This document shows, piece by piece, positions 27,501 to 42,103 of a stretch of 64,000 nucleotides of DNA (positions are counted from its first letter, which is position 1; each line of letters starts with the position of its first letter). Source of the DNA: Ptychomitrium polyphyllum. Taxonomy: Eukaryota. A program made the translations under genes and the position numbers. Under the pieces are notes generated by a model. The model made no database searches. It was not told where the DNA came from and was given only the letters and a program-made list of their open reading frames with translations. The stretch lies in NCBI GenBank assembly GCA_973851085.1, contig OZ316775.1:3348001-3412000 (forward strand). Reading direction: 5' to 3'.

Positions 27501-30500
27501 CTCTACGTGTGGGTAACTCAGAACCATTATGTTGGCACTCTCCTGATTTCCTTGTGATTACCGTAATAGCATCTGTATGTGCTTACAAAGTACTCGATTG
27601 CCATTAAACCCTGGTAGCTTATATTGTGGGGCGTGATCTACATAGAATAACGACTTTTCAAGGGATCTCAGGTTTCTTTATGTATCATGAAGCTGAGCAA
27701 GGGTTTATAATGCAGGAAAACCTTAGTAGAAGATGCAAAGAATCCACTCTCCACACCTTGGTTTCGACTTTACTATCTAGTATTGTGTACCTATGCTGGA
27801 GCTCAAGTGCTCTTCACGTTTATCTTGCGTCTGCCATTTTTGCGAAAGCGAGTTGACAGGTGTTCGAATGTTCGAATGTGCCAATTCATCAAGTGGATGC
27901 AACAGGTATTTACATATATTTATCTTAGCACCAACTTATGTTGATGTTAATTTGCTTAAACAGTCATTTTGGTAGACTGCAAATTGCTACATGCGTTGAA
28001 ACCTGCTATTCTTTGCAAGGCAGAGTAGAACTGTCAGTTCGTTAGGTACCTTCAGTCAAAGAATAATTTTGTCTGGTTTTGAATTTCTCGATTGGTAATG
28101 ATGGTGATTGCTTTACCTGACTTCGAAGTGAGAATTTCAAGCGTTTTCTTTAGAACCTTTCAACGCAGAAAATTCACAGAGACAGTAGAAGTTGTGACCA
28201 TTTTTGACCGTCTGGTGCATCTATGTATTAACCAGGAAAGCTATTACGTTGGGCGCAACATGTTCGAAAGAACAAGTGACTATGTGAAGTAAGTGCATAA
28301 CTCTGCAACAACCTCAAATATGATCTATGTTTTACTTGAGTTCACTTGTCATATTACTATGTGCTCTTCAAGTGCAAGTGGCCTGTGCATATGGCATACA
28401 TGCAACTTAATAGGGTGTATGAGAGCTGCAATACGATTTTTGGTGAAGAGGGTCTTTATGCATTTTTTTGGGATCTGTGACAGGTATTCACTTTTCTGGA
28501 TCTTTGTCCTGACTTGCAAGTTTGCCTTCACCATGCATTTTCAGGTAAGTACCATGTTAAGCATACGTGTTTAGCGTACTGCCTAGCTGCTTTAGACATC
28601 TGCATCTGTTATCGTTAAATTTTCTTATCCCCTTGCATATTCAGCTTCGAAGCATTTTCAATGTCTGTATTCGGCATCAATATCAGTTGATCGTGCTGCT
28701 GAGGAGGTTTCAAACTTTTGATGTTGCTCTTGTTTTCCTGCAGATCATGCCCATGGTGGAGCCTACAAGACTCATTATCAGCTTTACAAATATTACGTAC
28801 AAATGGCATAGTTTTGTTTCGAAGGGTATGTTTGTTTCATCAAATCTGTAGTTCTCGTACCAGTGATTCTTCCAATCAATTTGTTGATTACACGATTCGT
28901 AGCACTTAGTTTATGTAGATGGAGTTTGTTGGTGTTGACTTTTTTAACAATTCTGTGGTCTGCCAGGTAACAATAATATTTTCACACTTGTGTCACTTTG
29001 GGCTCCAGTTGCTATGGTATGCCACCTTCTTATATGGGCTGTTCCGGGCTGTTCAGAAATTATTTATTCTGTTTCTTTTTGAGAGTATCTGACAAATTTC
29101 CTTTCTGTGAGTGTTTAAATCTCCATCGTTTTTATAACAATTCATTTACATGGCGTTGCTATAAAATATTATAACTAGAAATATAATTGGTTTTGCCATT
29201 TTGTACGTAGATATCCTGCATGTCGGATGATTTCCGTGTATATTGTGGAAACTTGTGTTACATGTGCTTTTCATTAGCTTCAAATAGGGCATTTTCTAGT
29301 GTCTATAATGACAACTTTTTTTATTATTATCACATCTTGCTTTTTGCCAATGGGTTTCCCCCCCCCCCCCCCCCAGATCTATGTTTTGGATGTACAAGTG
29401 TGGTATACTGTAGCATCGGCTTTGCTAGGAGGTTTGGAAGGTGCAAGAGACAAGTTAGGCGAGGTAATTCTCTGAACTTCAGAAAGCTCTTACTTTTCTG
29501 TCGCTTGGGAAGTTATGAGGATGGAGATTTAAGAAAGTAACCTAGTCTTCAAACAGTGTAATTGGTGCTGCATAATGAAAGAAGTTGGGTTCAGGTGTAT
29601 TGAACTCATAGTGAGGTATCTGACGGTGGCCTAGAATATTGAAACATTTTCCTCCTTCTCATGGTATTGACTGCAAGTGTTAGGATCTTAGCTCATCTTA
29701 TATCGGTTAGCAATTCTGAGTACTTCTTTTTCATGTACAAATCTGCTCTTCTGTTGTTTTCTATTCCTTTGTTAGCTTGGTAGGATACAACAGTTATTGC
29801 ACTGCATTTAAGTATTGAAATAGGTGGTTTGACCTGGACCCCTCCTCTTTTGTCAGATTCGATCGCTGGACATGCTGAGGAAACGGTTCATTGATTGTCC
29901 TAAAGCATTTGTGAAGAATCTGGAACCAACTAGGTGGATTTCAATTTGCCTTCCTGAAAAATTTCGTTCAAAATGCTCACATGTGCTTATTATATCATAA
30001 CTACCGTAATTCAGGCTGTCTTATTCTGTTGAAGTAATCTATGGATTGTGTGAGGTAATTTGATTGTAGATAATCATGTGCTGTGATTCACTTGTGCGTA
30101 GAATCACATCCACCTCTCTGCTGAGGTTTGAACATTCTCTAGTGAGCACCTATGTTTTAGTATCCTCTGGGTTGTAAAGCTCCTCTAAGTCTGCATCCTT
30201 ATTCTTGTACATGCAGACCAAATACGTCTCCTACAGGGCAAGACTTTGGGCGGCAAGATCAACCCATTGATGAACGAAAGGTATGTACTATTATCATTTT
30301 GAATTTGTTTTTTTGTGTTTGTTTACTCAGCCACTTCCTCTTAGGGTCAAAAACCGACCTTCAGCACTTATGGCCATTTAAGACCTTTATCGCTCTAGCT
30401 GCCAGTCATTTTCTGTCTTAATGACAGAGTGAGTCGATGATCCCAACAGGTTCAGAATATGCTTCTCTTATGTTTTGTATAGAAAATAAAGATTTTCTGT

Positions 30501-33500
30501 AGTTGTTTCATGTCAGTTTCAAATCGAGAATTTAGTGGTTCGAATGAGTTTTATATCGCGAATCATCCAACTACGAACGTGTGTACTACTAGGATTTGGT
30601 CCCCTTGGACAAGCGTTGATTGTAGCGTCTCTTGGTTTTTATGTCGCTTTGTGTGATGTGTGAATCAACGTGATCGCCTGTGTTTCAGGCCATTCAGAAC
30701 AAAGACGATGCCAAAAGGTTTCTTCCCATTTGGAATGCAGTTATTAATAGCCTTCGAGAGGAAGATCTCTTGAATAACAGGTGATATGAATATGTCTGTG
30801 CTTTGTTTATATATGTTCTGAAGATGTCAATTATTTGTAATTAAGCTTTACTGTTGGGATCATGCGAATCAGCTTTTGCTTTTATAAATTGCTAGTGAAT
30901 CCCATAATATTGATAATACAAGTTACAGAAAAAAACTGTATTTTTTAATTGTAATGGTACAAAAGAAATTATTTAATTATTGCATTTTGCTAAGTCGTAT
31001 CTCTTTTTTCTTTGTGAATATGTTCTGTCTCGCAGGGAACGTGGCATGCTGGAAATGCCACCAAATAGCGACACCTATCCTAATGGTAAAAAGGACCCTA
31101 TTATGTGCTGGCCGCTGTTTCTTCTTGCAAACAAGGTATCACATCTTGGCCCAGATATCTATCTACGTCAACTGTTTACTTGTGGCATTCTGGAGATTAT
31201 GTTCTGTAATCATGTTTTCTTTTTAAATAGGCATGCTCTCGAAAGTTTGTACCTTGGCATCTTTCGATAGGTACAGAATTTTCACAAGCTTGATCACAAA
31301 CCTCAGTTCTATCTGTTGGAACATTCCTATTATGCTCGTTTAACATTCCTCGTTTAGCTCAGCTTTCCTTTTTGTACAAGGTAACGTGTAATCCTGGGCA
31401 ATGGTAATTTTTACGCTGGGTGATTGATAGCCAGGAATTTTGTGTCGCAGGTTCATATTGCCGTAGGTCTCGGAGCTGAGAATAAGCACGATAACCAAAT
31501 GGACCTTTGGCTGAAGGTGACAGCTGATGAATACATGAAATTTGCTATCCAGGAGAGTTTTCAGACCCTAGAACAGCTGTTGTTGACTGTGTTCAGAAGC
31601 AATGATCTTGCACTACGATGGTGAGTTCCTGGACTTTTAGGGCATTTGATATTAGTAGCTTTGCTGGTTGTATATTTAGCAAAGAAATGGTTGCTTTTTA
31701 TATACTTATTATGAATTTTGTTGACTTTTTTTTAAAAATCTTCACTTCTATGAATTATACGTGAACTCTGAGTTAACTTAAAATTGAATTCCACTGTTAC
31801 TTGTACATCGCAATCCATTGCTGGAACAAGGCAGGGAGTATGAAGTTCTGATGTGTAATTCCTGTGTTTGACTCAGGATACAGGATATCTTTGGAGATGT
31901 CAGGGAGAGAGTAGGTGACGGGGGATTTGTAGGTCTTTACAAGCTGCAGAAGCTACCCCAAGTGGTTGAGATAATTAGAGATTTGACTCAGCAACTGGTA
32001 TGTGTTCTTTTTGAGCAGGCGTTAAAGCAACGACTTATCACCAACCACTCAGATGTAACACGGAAGACCTTTTAGTAGTTTTAAGGTTTCCAAGTTCCTC
32101 TATTAATGGAGGATTAGATAAAAGGAGACTGACATTATAATGCATCAGTTATCGACAACATTATAGTGCATCATATGGCTCGAGGAATAACGATGTAGCT
32201 ATTTTAAACGTTACTGAATAAGCCAGAATGGGACATGCTATTTGTTATGGGGCTCTCTCGTGTTCAATTAGAGAATGACCTTCTTGGATTTGCAGTAGAT
32301 CTTGACATGTTAACATAGCTCTAATTGAAATTCGTTGCAGGGTGAAGATGAAGAAGAGAATCCAGTATGTCGGAGGAAGGCGACAACAGCCTTGAACAAG
32401 CTTTCTAAAGTTATGATTGACCTACTGGACGGGAAGAGGTACTGATTGCTAGATTCTTCGATCAACTTCTGGATTGTTTGAAAATGTCATTGTTCCATGT
32501 ATGTTAATGTTGCACGACTTTGTTAAAGTGGTTGTGTTTTCTGTAATGTTATACCTCATAAGTAAATGACTGATCCCTCTACGCCTAGAAGTAAAGGTAT
32601 TCATAAGATCTTTGGCTCTGCTTGTTTCTTCAGAAGAAGAGTTTTCTATGTGTTCAATTATGCAAGAGGATACTATGTGGTTGCAGTGACAGGCTGCTTC
32701 AGTGGAAGCATTACCAAAAAGCTATTAGAGATGATCGGCTTTTTAATGACATGCACTGGCCTAATGAAGCATGGGTACGGCCTTTTTTCTTGCGTTTTGG
32801 AAGTTTGCTCATCTAATGTGTTTTTTTGGGTACTGGCCAAGCATTGAATCCTCAAACTCCTACGGTGATCAGTTCTGCCACCTTTTTAGTATATACGTCA
32901 GACTTGTTTTGAGTCGGTACCGCTTAAATGTCTTGACTGACGGCTGTTATATCTCACCGCTCACATGCAGCAAAAGCGAGCAAATCGACTTCACAATATA
33001 TTGAAAGTCCATACTTTCAAGGACGAAGCAGATGGGAAACAAAAGACCTACAATACAGAATCTATTCCTAAAAATTTGGAGGCCAGGCGCCGACTAGAGT
33101 TTTTCACCAACTCGCTGTTCATGAATATGCCTAAAGCTATACCTGTCTCCAGAATGTTCTCTTTTTGGTTAGTATTTCTGCGTTGTGGCTGCTTATTTAG
33201 CGCACCTAATTTCTTGTTGAAGTTGTGGCTGCTATGTCCTAGTTATAAATGCAGATGCGCTCTCTAACAATTTGTTGAGGTGATTTGTGCAGTGTGTTCA
33301 CACCTTACTACTCAGAAGACGTCATGTACGACCTCAAAAAGAAGGGTGGTAAGAAGGGTGAGAAGTCAAAGAAGGATGAAATCAAAGAGCTCGACAGACA
33401 GAACGAGGATGGCATCACTATATTGTTTTACCTTCAAAAGATTTACCCAGGTAAATTTCTGGCTCGACTTATTCTGCGTACATGCCTCAAGCTAAAAACA

Positions 33501-36500
33501 TGCCGTTATTAAAAGAGGATAGGAAGTTCTTCTTTATCATTCTTTTCTTGAATATTATGATTGTGTAGTTGGGTGTCGTTGGTGCAATTAGAAGTTTCTG
33601 TAGATTAAATTGGTTTGCTACGAGAAGTTCTCTTGATTACATCTGTTTTTTCTTCCATAGCTTTTAGTACTCCAGTCCTTTTTAATACCTTTGGAGATAT
33701 TGGTTGAGGTGTTGTTATTATCTTGGTTTTCTCGTATTGTTAATAGTCTACATTGCTTGTGAGCCAGATGAATTCAAAAATTTCCTTGAAAGGCTAAAAG
33801 TAACTGAAAGAGAGTTTGAAAGACAAGTGTGGGGACCAAATGTGAATGATGACACCAAACTTGAATTGCGACTTTGGGCCTCATATCGTGGCCAGACCTT
33901 GGCTAGAACAGGTATAATCATGTCTTTATACGTGAGAATCTTTGGTATGTTCCCTGTCTTTAGTTCGCAAAGCAACTGTGGGACAAAGCAATTAATGTGT
34001 GTGAAGTTTGAGACCTTGCTTAAATATTGAAGTTGCGTGATGCATTCAATTAGACGGTGCTCAATATCTCTCCGGTGCTTAATGAACCATGGAGAGGATA
34101 AAATCTTAGTTTTTAGTGGAGTAATCTTCATAGTGGACTAGTTTCCGATTAACATATATTACAGGTGGATCTTCCACAACAAAAGTACGGGTATTTACTT
34201 AGCTTTTTAATGCCAAAATCACTTAAAACTGCAAGTGGTTCTGAAGGAAATATCCTGAAACAATTAACGAGTGGTAAATTTTTCGGTATGCATGGTTGAA
34301 ATTTGGCGAATACTACTGTGTTATTAGTAGTTACTAGATATTATTTCATTTTCATTTTTGTGTTAGATTGTAGGAATTGCATAGGTTCATCACCAACGGT
34401 ATGAAGCTGACCCACCAGTTTTTGTGGTCGTATGGTGTTTTCTAGTTCGAGGCATGATGTACTACAAAAAAGCTTTAGAACTTCAAGCAGAACAAGAGAG
34501 AATCTTTGTTCCAGGTTAGTCTCTTACCTTTGATGAGTTCCTGTGCTGAGTTTTGAGTATCTCTATCTCAATGTCTCTCACTTTTCTACTGGTTACACGT
34601 ATGAAAATGAAACCCCGCATCCTGCAGATCTTGAAAGAGGAGGGCCATCCTCATCATTTCGATTTCAACGTGGCTTGTCGTTGCGGAGTCCCCAAGCCCA
34701 GGCAGAGCTAAAATTCGTATATCTTGTATCATGTCAAATATATGGAGATCAGAAGAAGACAGGGAAGCCTCAAGCAGCAGATATTCTCTATTTAATGCAA
34801 GAGTAAGCATCGAACTGGACGTCATAGAATGATAATTATGTGTATTAACATGAATTACTCGTTAGCAAAAGTTGAGTCTTTGTACCAGCTCTTGAGTCTG
34901 GGTTTTCTGAGAGTCCAAGTTAACACATTTTTGGTGTACAGAAGGGGTTATCCTCTGAAGCAGATATGGTATGGTGCTTTCTGTTGGTTTTCTCTGTTTT
35001 GGCCTTGAGGGATATTTTACACGTCATTAAGCTCACGGATATTAACAAATGTTGTGGGTTGGCCTATAGGAATGAATCCTTGAGAGTTGCATATGTAGAT
35101 GAGGTTACTGTGGAAGCAGGTGTACAAGGGAAGACGACCACATACTACTCAAAGCTGGTGAAAGTAGACAAACTGGATAAATCAAAAGATCAGGTATTTT
35201 GAAATTTTCATCCACGTCTTGGACTCAGTTAGTACACATGACTGATGTGATGTTGCATACTCTTACTACGTGCATTTACTCCAAACATTTCAGAAAGAAG
35301 TTCTAATCTTTCAGATATTACCTAGTGTGCGTTTACTTTATGTCGGGATCTAGGATGATAAAGCTAAATGTTTCTCTAATTATTCATTCTCTGGATGGCA
35401 GATCATATACTCAGTTAAGCTTCCTGGGCCATTTAAACTCGGAGAAGGAAAACCAGAAAATCAAAATCATGCTATCATATTTAGTCGGGGTGATGCAGTT
35501 CAAACCATTGATATGAACCAGGTTTTTGCCACTTCCGTCTTGTCCTCTTTGTATGCCTAGATTCGTCCAATCTCATCATCTTTGTTTAGGGTTAGATTGT
35601 AAATCTTCTGATTAGAGTTCATGCTGATAATTTGCCGAGTTTTCAATATCGTGAATACAGTAGATGAAATGGATAATGAGCTGTAGTTGCATTTTTAGTC
35701 GAGGGTGGATTGAGAATCTCCGATCCCATTTTCAATGTCCTTTGTTTTACAACCTTAGTTATGTGAATCCCGTTTTCCTCAAGTATGGCATGGCCCTGTA
35801 TTAGCACATGTACGCGGCAAAAATTCAGGTCAATTTATATCTCATTGTTCTTGGGCTTTCCTTCTTTCTTTTCTTACCCCTTAGATCGATTTTTATTCTC
35901 TTATGTGTGATATACCATGTGAAATAGGATAACTACCTCGAGGAAGCTTTCAAGGTGCGAAACTTGCTGGAGGAGTTTGATCAGGTTCATGGACGGAACC
36001 GTCCCACAATCCTTGGTGTTCGTGAGCATGTGTTCACAGGGAGGTATGTACTGTGTTGATACCAGAATACAAAAAGAACCTGAAGCTTGCAGTGACTTTT
36101 CTGACCGTTTCTGTTGTTCAGCTTAGCCATGGCTTTGAAATTTAAGAGATGCTGGCATCAATGAATTTTCGTTACCTAAATTTTTAGTGATCAATATGCT
36201 TCTGCAATCAATATGAACTCAGAAGGATTCCAGAGTTGTAGTAGGTTTGCTTTCGTCTATGTGCGTCGTTAACTGGCACGTTGCTGTCTATGGCTGCAGT
36301 GTTTCTTCGCTGGCGTGGTTTATGTCTATGCAAGAAAGCAGCTTTGTGACACTTGGTCAGCGTGTGTTGGCTCGACCTCTGAAGTATGTAATCTTGTTCT
36401 ACTGAAATGCTAGGAAGTACGTCCTTAATATATGTGTGATGATAGTTGTCGAACGATATTGAGTCAATGCTCGTAAGCTGCAGATCTTTGTATGCTATAA

Positions 36501-39500
36501 GCTTACGATTAACACTTAAATGTAGGGTGAGGATGCACTACGGTCATCCAGATATCTTCGATAGAATCTTTCATCTTACTACTGGCGGTGTGAGTAAGGC
36601 ATCAGCTGGCATCAATCTTAGTGAAGACATTTTTGCAGGTATTGTCTCAGCACTTTTGACAAGGCCTCATAGGTCGCATTGCATTTCTCTTCTTCCGAAT
36701 ACGTACCTTGTTCTTGGTTTGGCATTTGTAAATGCTTTTATGCAGCTGATTGAAAATGACTACTTATATAATGACCACTTTGTCGGGTTTAATATTTTTC
36801 CAGGATTCAACACTACTCTTAGGCAGGGCAATGTCACTCATCATGAATATATACAGGTGTATCCTCTTTCTATGATATCATCGTATCAATGTTGGTTCTT
36901 ATTTCCTTGGTCTACTCAAAACATGGCGCTGTGTATAGTCTCCAGAGGCGTCTTTTGCTTTCTGCATTACATACTTACTGCTCTATCATTTGGCCGCTTG
37001 AGATTGAGAAACGTGATGATATGTGAATCTGAGCATGATTTTCGTTTCAGCTGGTATAACTATTTGATATCTCTTATCACGATTTTGTTTTGTGCCAATA
37101 CTGCGTTGTTGTGTAGTTTCTAATTTTTGATAATGCTTAGATAGAACAGCGCACCAGTTAAATTATTTGGTGGCATCAATTGTCCAGGTTGGGAAGGGGC
37201 GAGATGTTGGTCTGAATCAAATAGCCACCTTTGAGGCTAAAGTGGCTAGCGGAAATGGAGAGCAAGTACTTGCCCGAGATCTTTATAGGCTGGGCCAGCT
37301 TCTTGATTTTCCTCGCATGCTCTCGTTCTTCTTTACTTCGGTTGGTTTTTATGTCACGACTATGGTATGCCCCAATTACGCCTTGTTTATCTATTTCTTT
37401 ACAATTTATCAAAACCTGGGTATCATTATTGGCCGAAACCTTGGTGAACTGATACTTAAGCATTATTCCTGACACCGTGTAATGTATTCTCTTTGTGGCA
37501 CAGATGACAGTTTTGACGCTGTATGCTTTTCTATATGGAAAAGCTTACTTGGTGAGTAGACAAGCTTTGCTTCTTGTATCAACTGTAATTTTGTCACTCT
37601 TGTAAATTCATGGAATTTTGTTTCCTGTAAGAAGTGTTGATCCTCTGCAAAAATCGATGCACTCTGTAAGAGCTCTTTGCCATTGAGGAGATACGTAGCC
37701 ACCGAACTTTTCGGATCAAGATCCGATCACTGAACCCTGATCTGCAAGTTTGCCTCTGCGCTCCTGACGGTCTGGATGGTCAGCCTAACTGGTCAGAGAT
37801 CGTAATGGAAACATACCCCACCATGCTACTTTATTGATTTGTGTTGTTTCCTTGCCAGGCATTATCAGGTGTAGATGCATCTTTAAAGGCCAACAACGAC
37901 ATTCTGCAGAACAGTGCACTGCAATCAGTTTTGACTTCTCAATTCCTATTTCAGATTGGACTATTCACGGCAATTCCTATGATTGTAAGTTTAGTACTCG
38001 AGCAAGGGCTTCTAAAGGTGCGTACATCTTGTTTGAGTCATCTGAAATTCCATGAAATACCCAGCATAGAACTTATAGCAGCATTTTATGAACTACACAA
38101 CCTTTTCTTGATAGTGTAAGTGGAGAATTAATTATAGAATCGGTTCTAAAAGTAGTTGCATGATTACTTCCTATTCTTACTCAGCAAATATTCTCTAAAA
38201 AGTAGATGGATGGCAAGTCCAATATCGTGTAGTACATTCCAACAAAACCACATTAGCACGGGTTACAAATTGATTGGAGTTTTAATGATCTGTAGAATTT
38301 TTTGTAGTCACCAAATGCTCCTAACAGACGCTGTGTTAAAATTGGCAATAATGGCACGCGGAATCTAAGAAGCACCAGTTGCTGGAGCTCATTAGGCTTA
38401 CACATTGATTTCCTAAGAAAGCAGAGCATGTTAACATTTTATCCTATTTATAATGAGAATGGATACTGAAATTGGGTGCTCTTGTGCAGGCTATTATGAG
38501 CTTCTGTACTATGCAATTACAACTGGCCTCAGTGTTTTTTACTTTCTCATTGGGCACCCGCACACATTACTTTGGGCGTATTATTCTTCATGGAGGTGCA
38601 AAGGTATCAGCCTCCTTCCACATACTTAGCTGGTGATCCCTGGATGTGCGACATTTATTCATTTAGCTTGATCGAGAGTGACCGTATAATGTTCCATGAA
38701 TGAACAGTGAAGTCTGGGTGTATGCAGTATCGCTCGACTGGACGAGGGTTTGTCGTGAGGCACATCAACTTTGCTGAAAACTATCGCTTGTTTTCTCGCA
38801 GTCATTTTACAAAAGCGTAAGTGTCTTTGATGATGAACCTGATGGTTGCTCATTTGAATATAAGTTAAGAATTTTGCGTATCAATCAACTTGACTTACGT
38901 TTGCTTTTGTGCATGTTGCTTCTGTACTTTTCAACCACGATGGATCAGATTGCGACCTGTTAGTTTTGTAAACTTTGGCATTCGTTGTTGTTTTGGCGGG
39001 GGCTTGTAAGCGTGTTGGATCATCTCTAGGAATTGGGAGTAAGTAGCTCGCATTCTGTGCATTAGTGTTTCTCACTGTTGGAGGACTTCATTCTGGTACG
39101 GTAGCTAATTATGAGTTCTCTAATATTTCCAGGTTTGAGATCATTTTGCTGTTGATTATTTATCTGGCATATGGTGCTCAGAATCGGTCATCAGTTACAT
39201 ATATTTTGCTCACCTTCAGTTCTTGGTTCCTAGCCATTTCATGGCTCTACGCGCCATATATTTTCAACCCATCTGGTTTCGAGTGGCAAAAGTAAGCATG
39301 GCAACTGTATTGTCTTTTCTTGACAAGGACATGTTTTATACTGTGACCTTGTTTAGAGACATGGATTTTCCTGACGATTTTGTATGTCCTGGCTCAAGGA
39401 TTTAAGAGAAGTTTCTTCTCCTCAACTCCTGCAATCTAATGAAATGTTACTGGTACAGAACTGTCGAGGATTTTGAGGACTGGTCAAACTGGGTACTGTA

Positions 39501-41044
39501 CAAAGGTGGTGTTGGCGTGAAGAGTGACCAGTCTTGGGAAGCATGGTGGCTTGAAGAGCAGGTAAAATGTTGCTCCCACAAGCCGAAGTTCGTTGGACAT
39601 CTGTCTGCAAATACAGTTGGTCCTTTGTCTCACATGTTATAGAATTTCTAGACTTGATGATTTATGGGATTGAGAACGAGGCATCTGATAAGGAGAATTA
39701 TGGATTTTGCAGGACCACCTCCGTACAGCTGGCGGCAAATTTTGGGAATTTGTGTTTTCTTTACGATTTTTCTTTTTCCAGTATGGTGTCGCATATCATC
39801 TCAACGTGTTCCAAGGAAGCACCAGCATAATGGTATGTGCTTCTAAAAAGAAATTTTGGTTTAATTTTATTTTTAATCGTATTTGGTTAAAGCCTGTGTT
39901 ACCGGTAACATTTATTAATGACACCTTTAAATTGATTGCAAGAAATCTGGGAACCTCTTCTGATCTCTTATGCATCATGCAAATGATTCTGAAGTGCATT
40001 CGGTAGTTTAGAAGAGGCACGGTAAATTTTGCTGATGTTGCGAATGTAGCCTTTGAATACTTTTTAAAAATTGTGTCTTTTGTAAACTCGTTCTTATCTG
40101 ACACGTCGCTTGTATTACAGGTTTATGTTTACTCTTGGATAACGCTATTAGGTTTTGTGGCAATTTTTAAGGTAGAATCCTGTTTTATTTTGGCAATGTC
40201 CTATATATTTTGTTTACGAATGCTGAGTTAGGTGCCTAACCAGTTTTTAGATTTTGAAGCTGTAGTTTTTGTTTTTGTAAACCGCGTTAACCAATCAATG
40301 CTTTCAATTAAACTGCATTTTTTACCTCTACTTGAGTCATAGTAACTACGTCTTGACAACTCGTCTTGGAGAATGCAGGTGTTCACCATCAGTCAGAAGG
40401 CGTCAACCAAGAAGGCAAAACTTCATCTTGTCGTTCGTCTGTTTCAAGCAGCGTTATTTATGCTCCTAATCGCAGGAGCACTTGTGGCGATCATTGTGTC
40501 GCCTCTAACCCTCACCGATTGCTTTGCTGTGGCTCTTGTTATCGTTCCAACTGGCTGGGGTCTCATCTCTGTAAGTTACCTCTTTCATTTCGTTCTAAAG
40601 TTGTCCTGAACGTGTGCTCTCATGTTCTTATTAAATTCAAGTTCTAGTCACTTACGGGTTTTGATGCTATACCATTTTAACATCATGATTCTCTACACTA
40701 ATTGAATCCTGAGGAAATAATGTGAGCAATTGCGCTGGTATATTTTCATGACGCTTTTAAGAATCATGGCTTGTTTGATTGATTGTTCCTTTTGCTATGT
40801 ACAGATTGCTATCATATTCCGACGTCAGGTGGAAAGCATTCGTGGATTATGGCATTCAGTGCGTGAGATTGCCCGATTGTATGAGGCCTGTATGGGCATG
40901 TTCATTTTTATTCCCATTGCCTTGTTGTCATGGTTCCCCTTCTTCTCCACTTTCCAAACCCGGCTTGTCTTCAACCAAGCCTTCAGTAGGGGTCTTGAGA
41001 TTTCTCTCATCTTGGCTGGTAACCGTGCAAACACTAGCACTTAA
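21502..41044 (+). CDS. CalS: Callose synthase (1,3-beta-glucan synthase, GT48), GSL8/GSL10 (CalS10/CalS9)-like, 51 exons by my walk-through
   Basis: N-terminus VVRNWERLV..VPQSLAAQTDIDAVMEAAEDIQ..VARILYEYAY..DPLNQGRGVLQFK. FKS1-type motifs KDNVANQREHLILLLAN and LYLLIWGEAANVRFLPECLCYIFHH. Glucan-synthase motifs EARRRLEFFTNSLFM, LRLWASYRGQTLART, GEGKPENQNHAIIF, DMNQDNYLEEA, RMHYGHPDIFDR, QVGKGRDVGLNQI. C-terminus FQTRLVFNQAFSRGLEISLILAGNRAN. All introns I traced are GT-AG; first exons are 21502-21853, 22830-22927, 23269-23426. Confidence 0.96.
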
Positions 41045-42103
41045 ACTATTTTGTTTAGTAAATAGTTGATCATTCTTCTTTTAGCGCAGTCAGCAAATAC
41101 CAAACAGCTAGCGAAGCCTGTGAGGTGTAAGCACAGTGCTGCGCAATGTTGTAGGCGCTTAGGCTCACTATCAATCAGAGACAGTCATTTTAATTGTAAA
41201 TCTTTCCTTTTGTGCAAATGTACACTCGCCCATGTAAGTTTTGATTTATTTATTTGCAAAAACGATTTTTGAAAAAAAAACCCTGTCTAAAATTCTCTAT
41301 CTCGAGAGGAGTACTAGGCTCTATCATATTCAAAAAATAATAACAAACTTAATAAAGATTCCAAACCTTACCTATATCTCAAATATGTCAGGAAGTTGTA
41401 CAGATATTTTGTTGAAGGTTCTCCCCATTCAATACATGGAAATCCCAGTTGTATCGCCACCCAAGACTCACAAATTTCACGCAGAAATACCACAGCTGCG
41501 GCACCAGTATACATTCCTATTATTCTGCTCCAAAAACTCAAATCAACTTCTTTTAAAGCTGAGAATTCTCAAGCGGAATGGGATAAAATTTATGGAAACT
41601 GGTCTGCAAATGCATCTCAATGCTGATAAAGGCATAAAGTTTAATGCTTCAAATCTAACAATTTCGTGGACCTCCTCTCTAGAAAACATCTCTTAAAGGC
41701 GCCATCATGTTTACCTAGTGTGTTCGTATCACAGCAGTTGTTCTGAAAAATTGAAACAGCGATATGCTCAGTCTAAGTATTTATATTGTCTTAGAGCTCG
41801 TCGGGCATATTTGAATGAGGTGTCAAAATGAAATGCCAAGTCCAATTCCCGCACAGAAAAGCAAAAATGTGTTGATGCAGCATCATTCCGATTTTCTAAA
41901 AAGGGTGGCACTACCACAACCAATACAAGGTCTATAATTACACAGGCGAATTGGTTTAATCTAAATGGATACCATCAATTAACTATGAAGGACTATATTG
42001 TCACAATTGCTCCTGACAATTTGCCACCTCAATTTCCTGGAGTTAGGGAGTGTGAAGCTGGACGATTTCTCCTAATTACCGTAACCTAGTAACCCAATTC
42101 TGA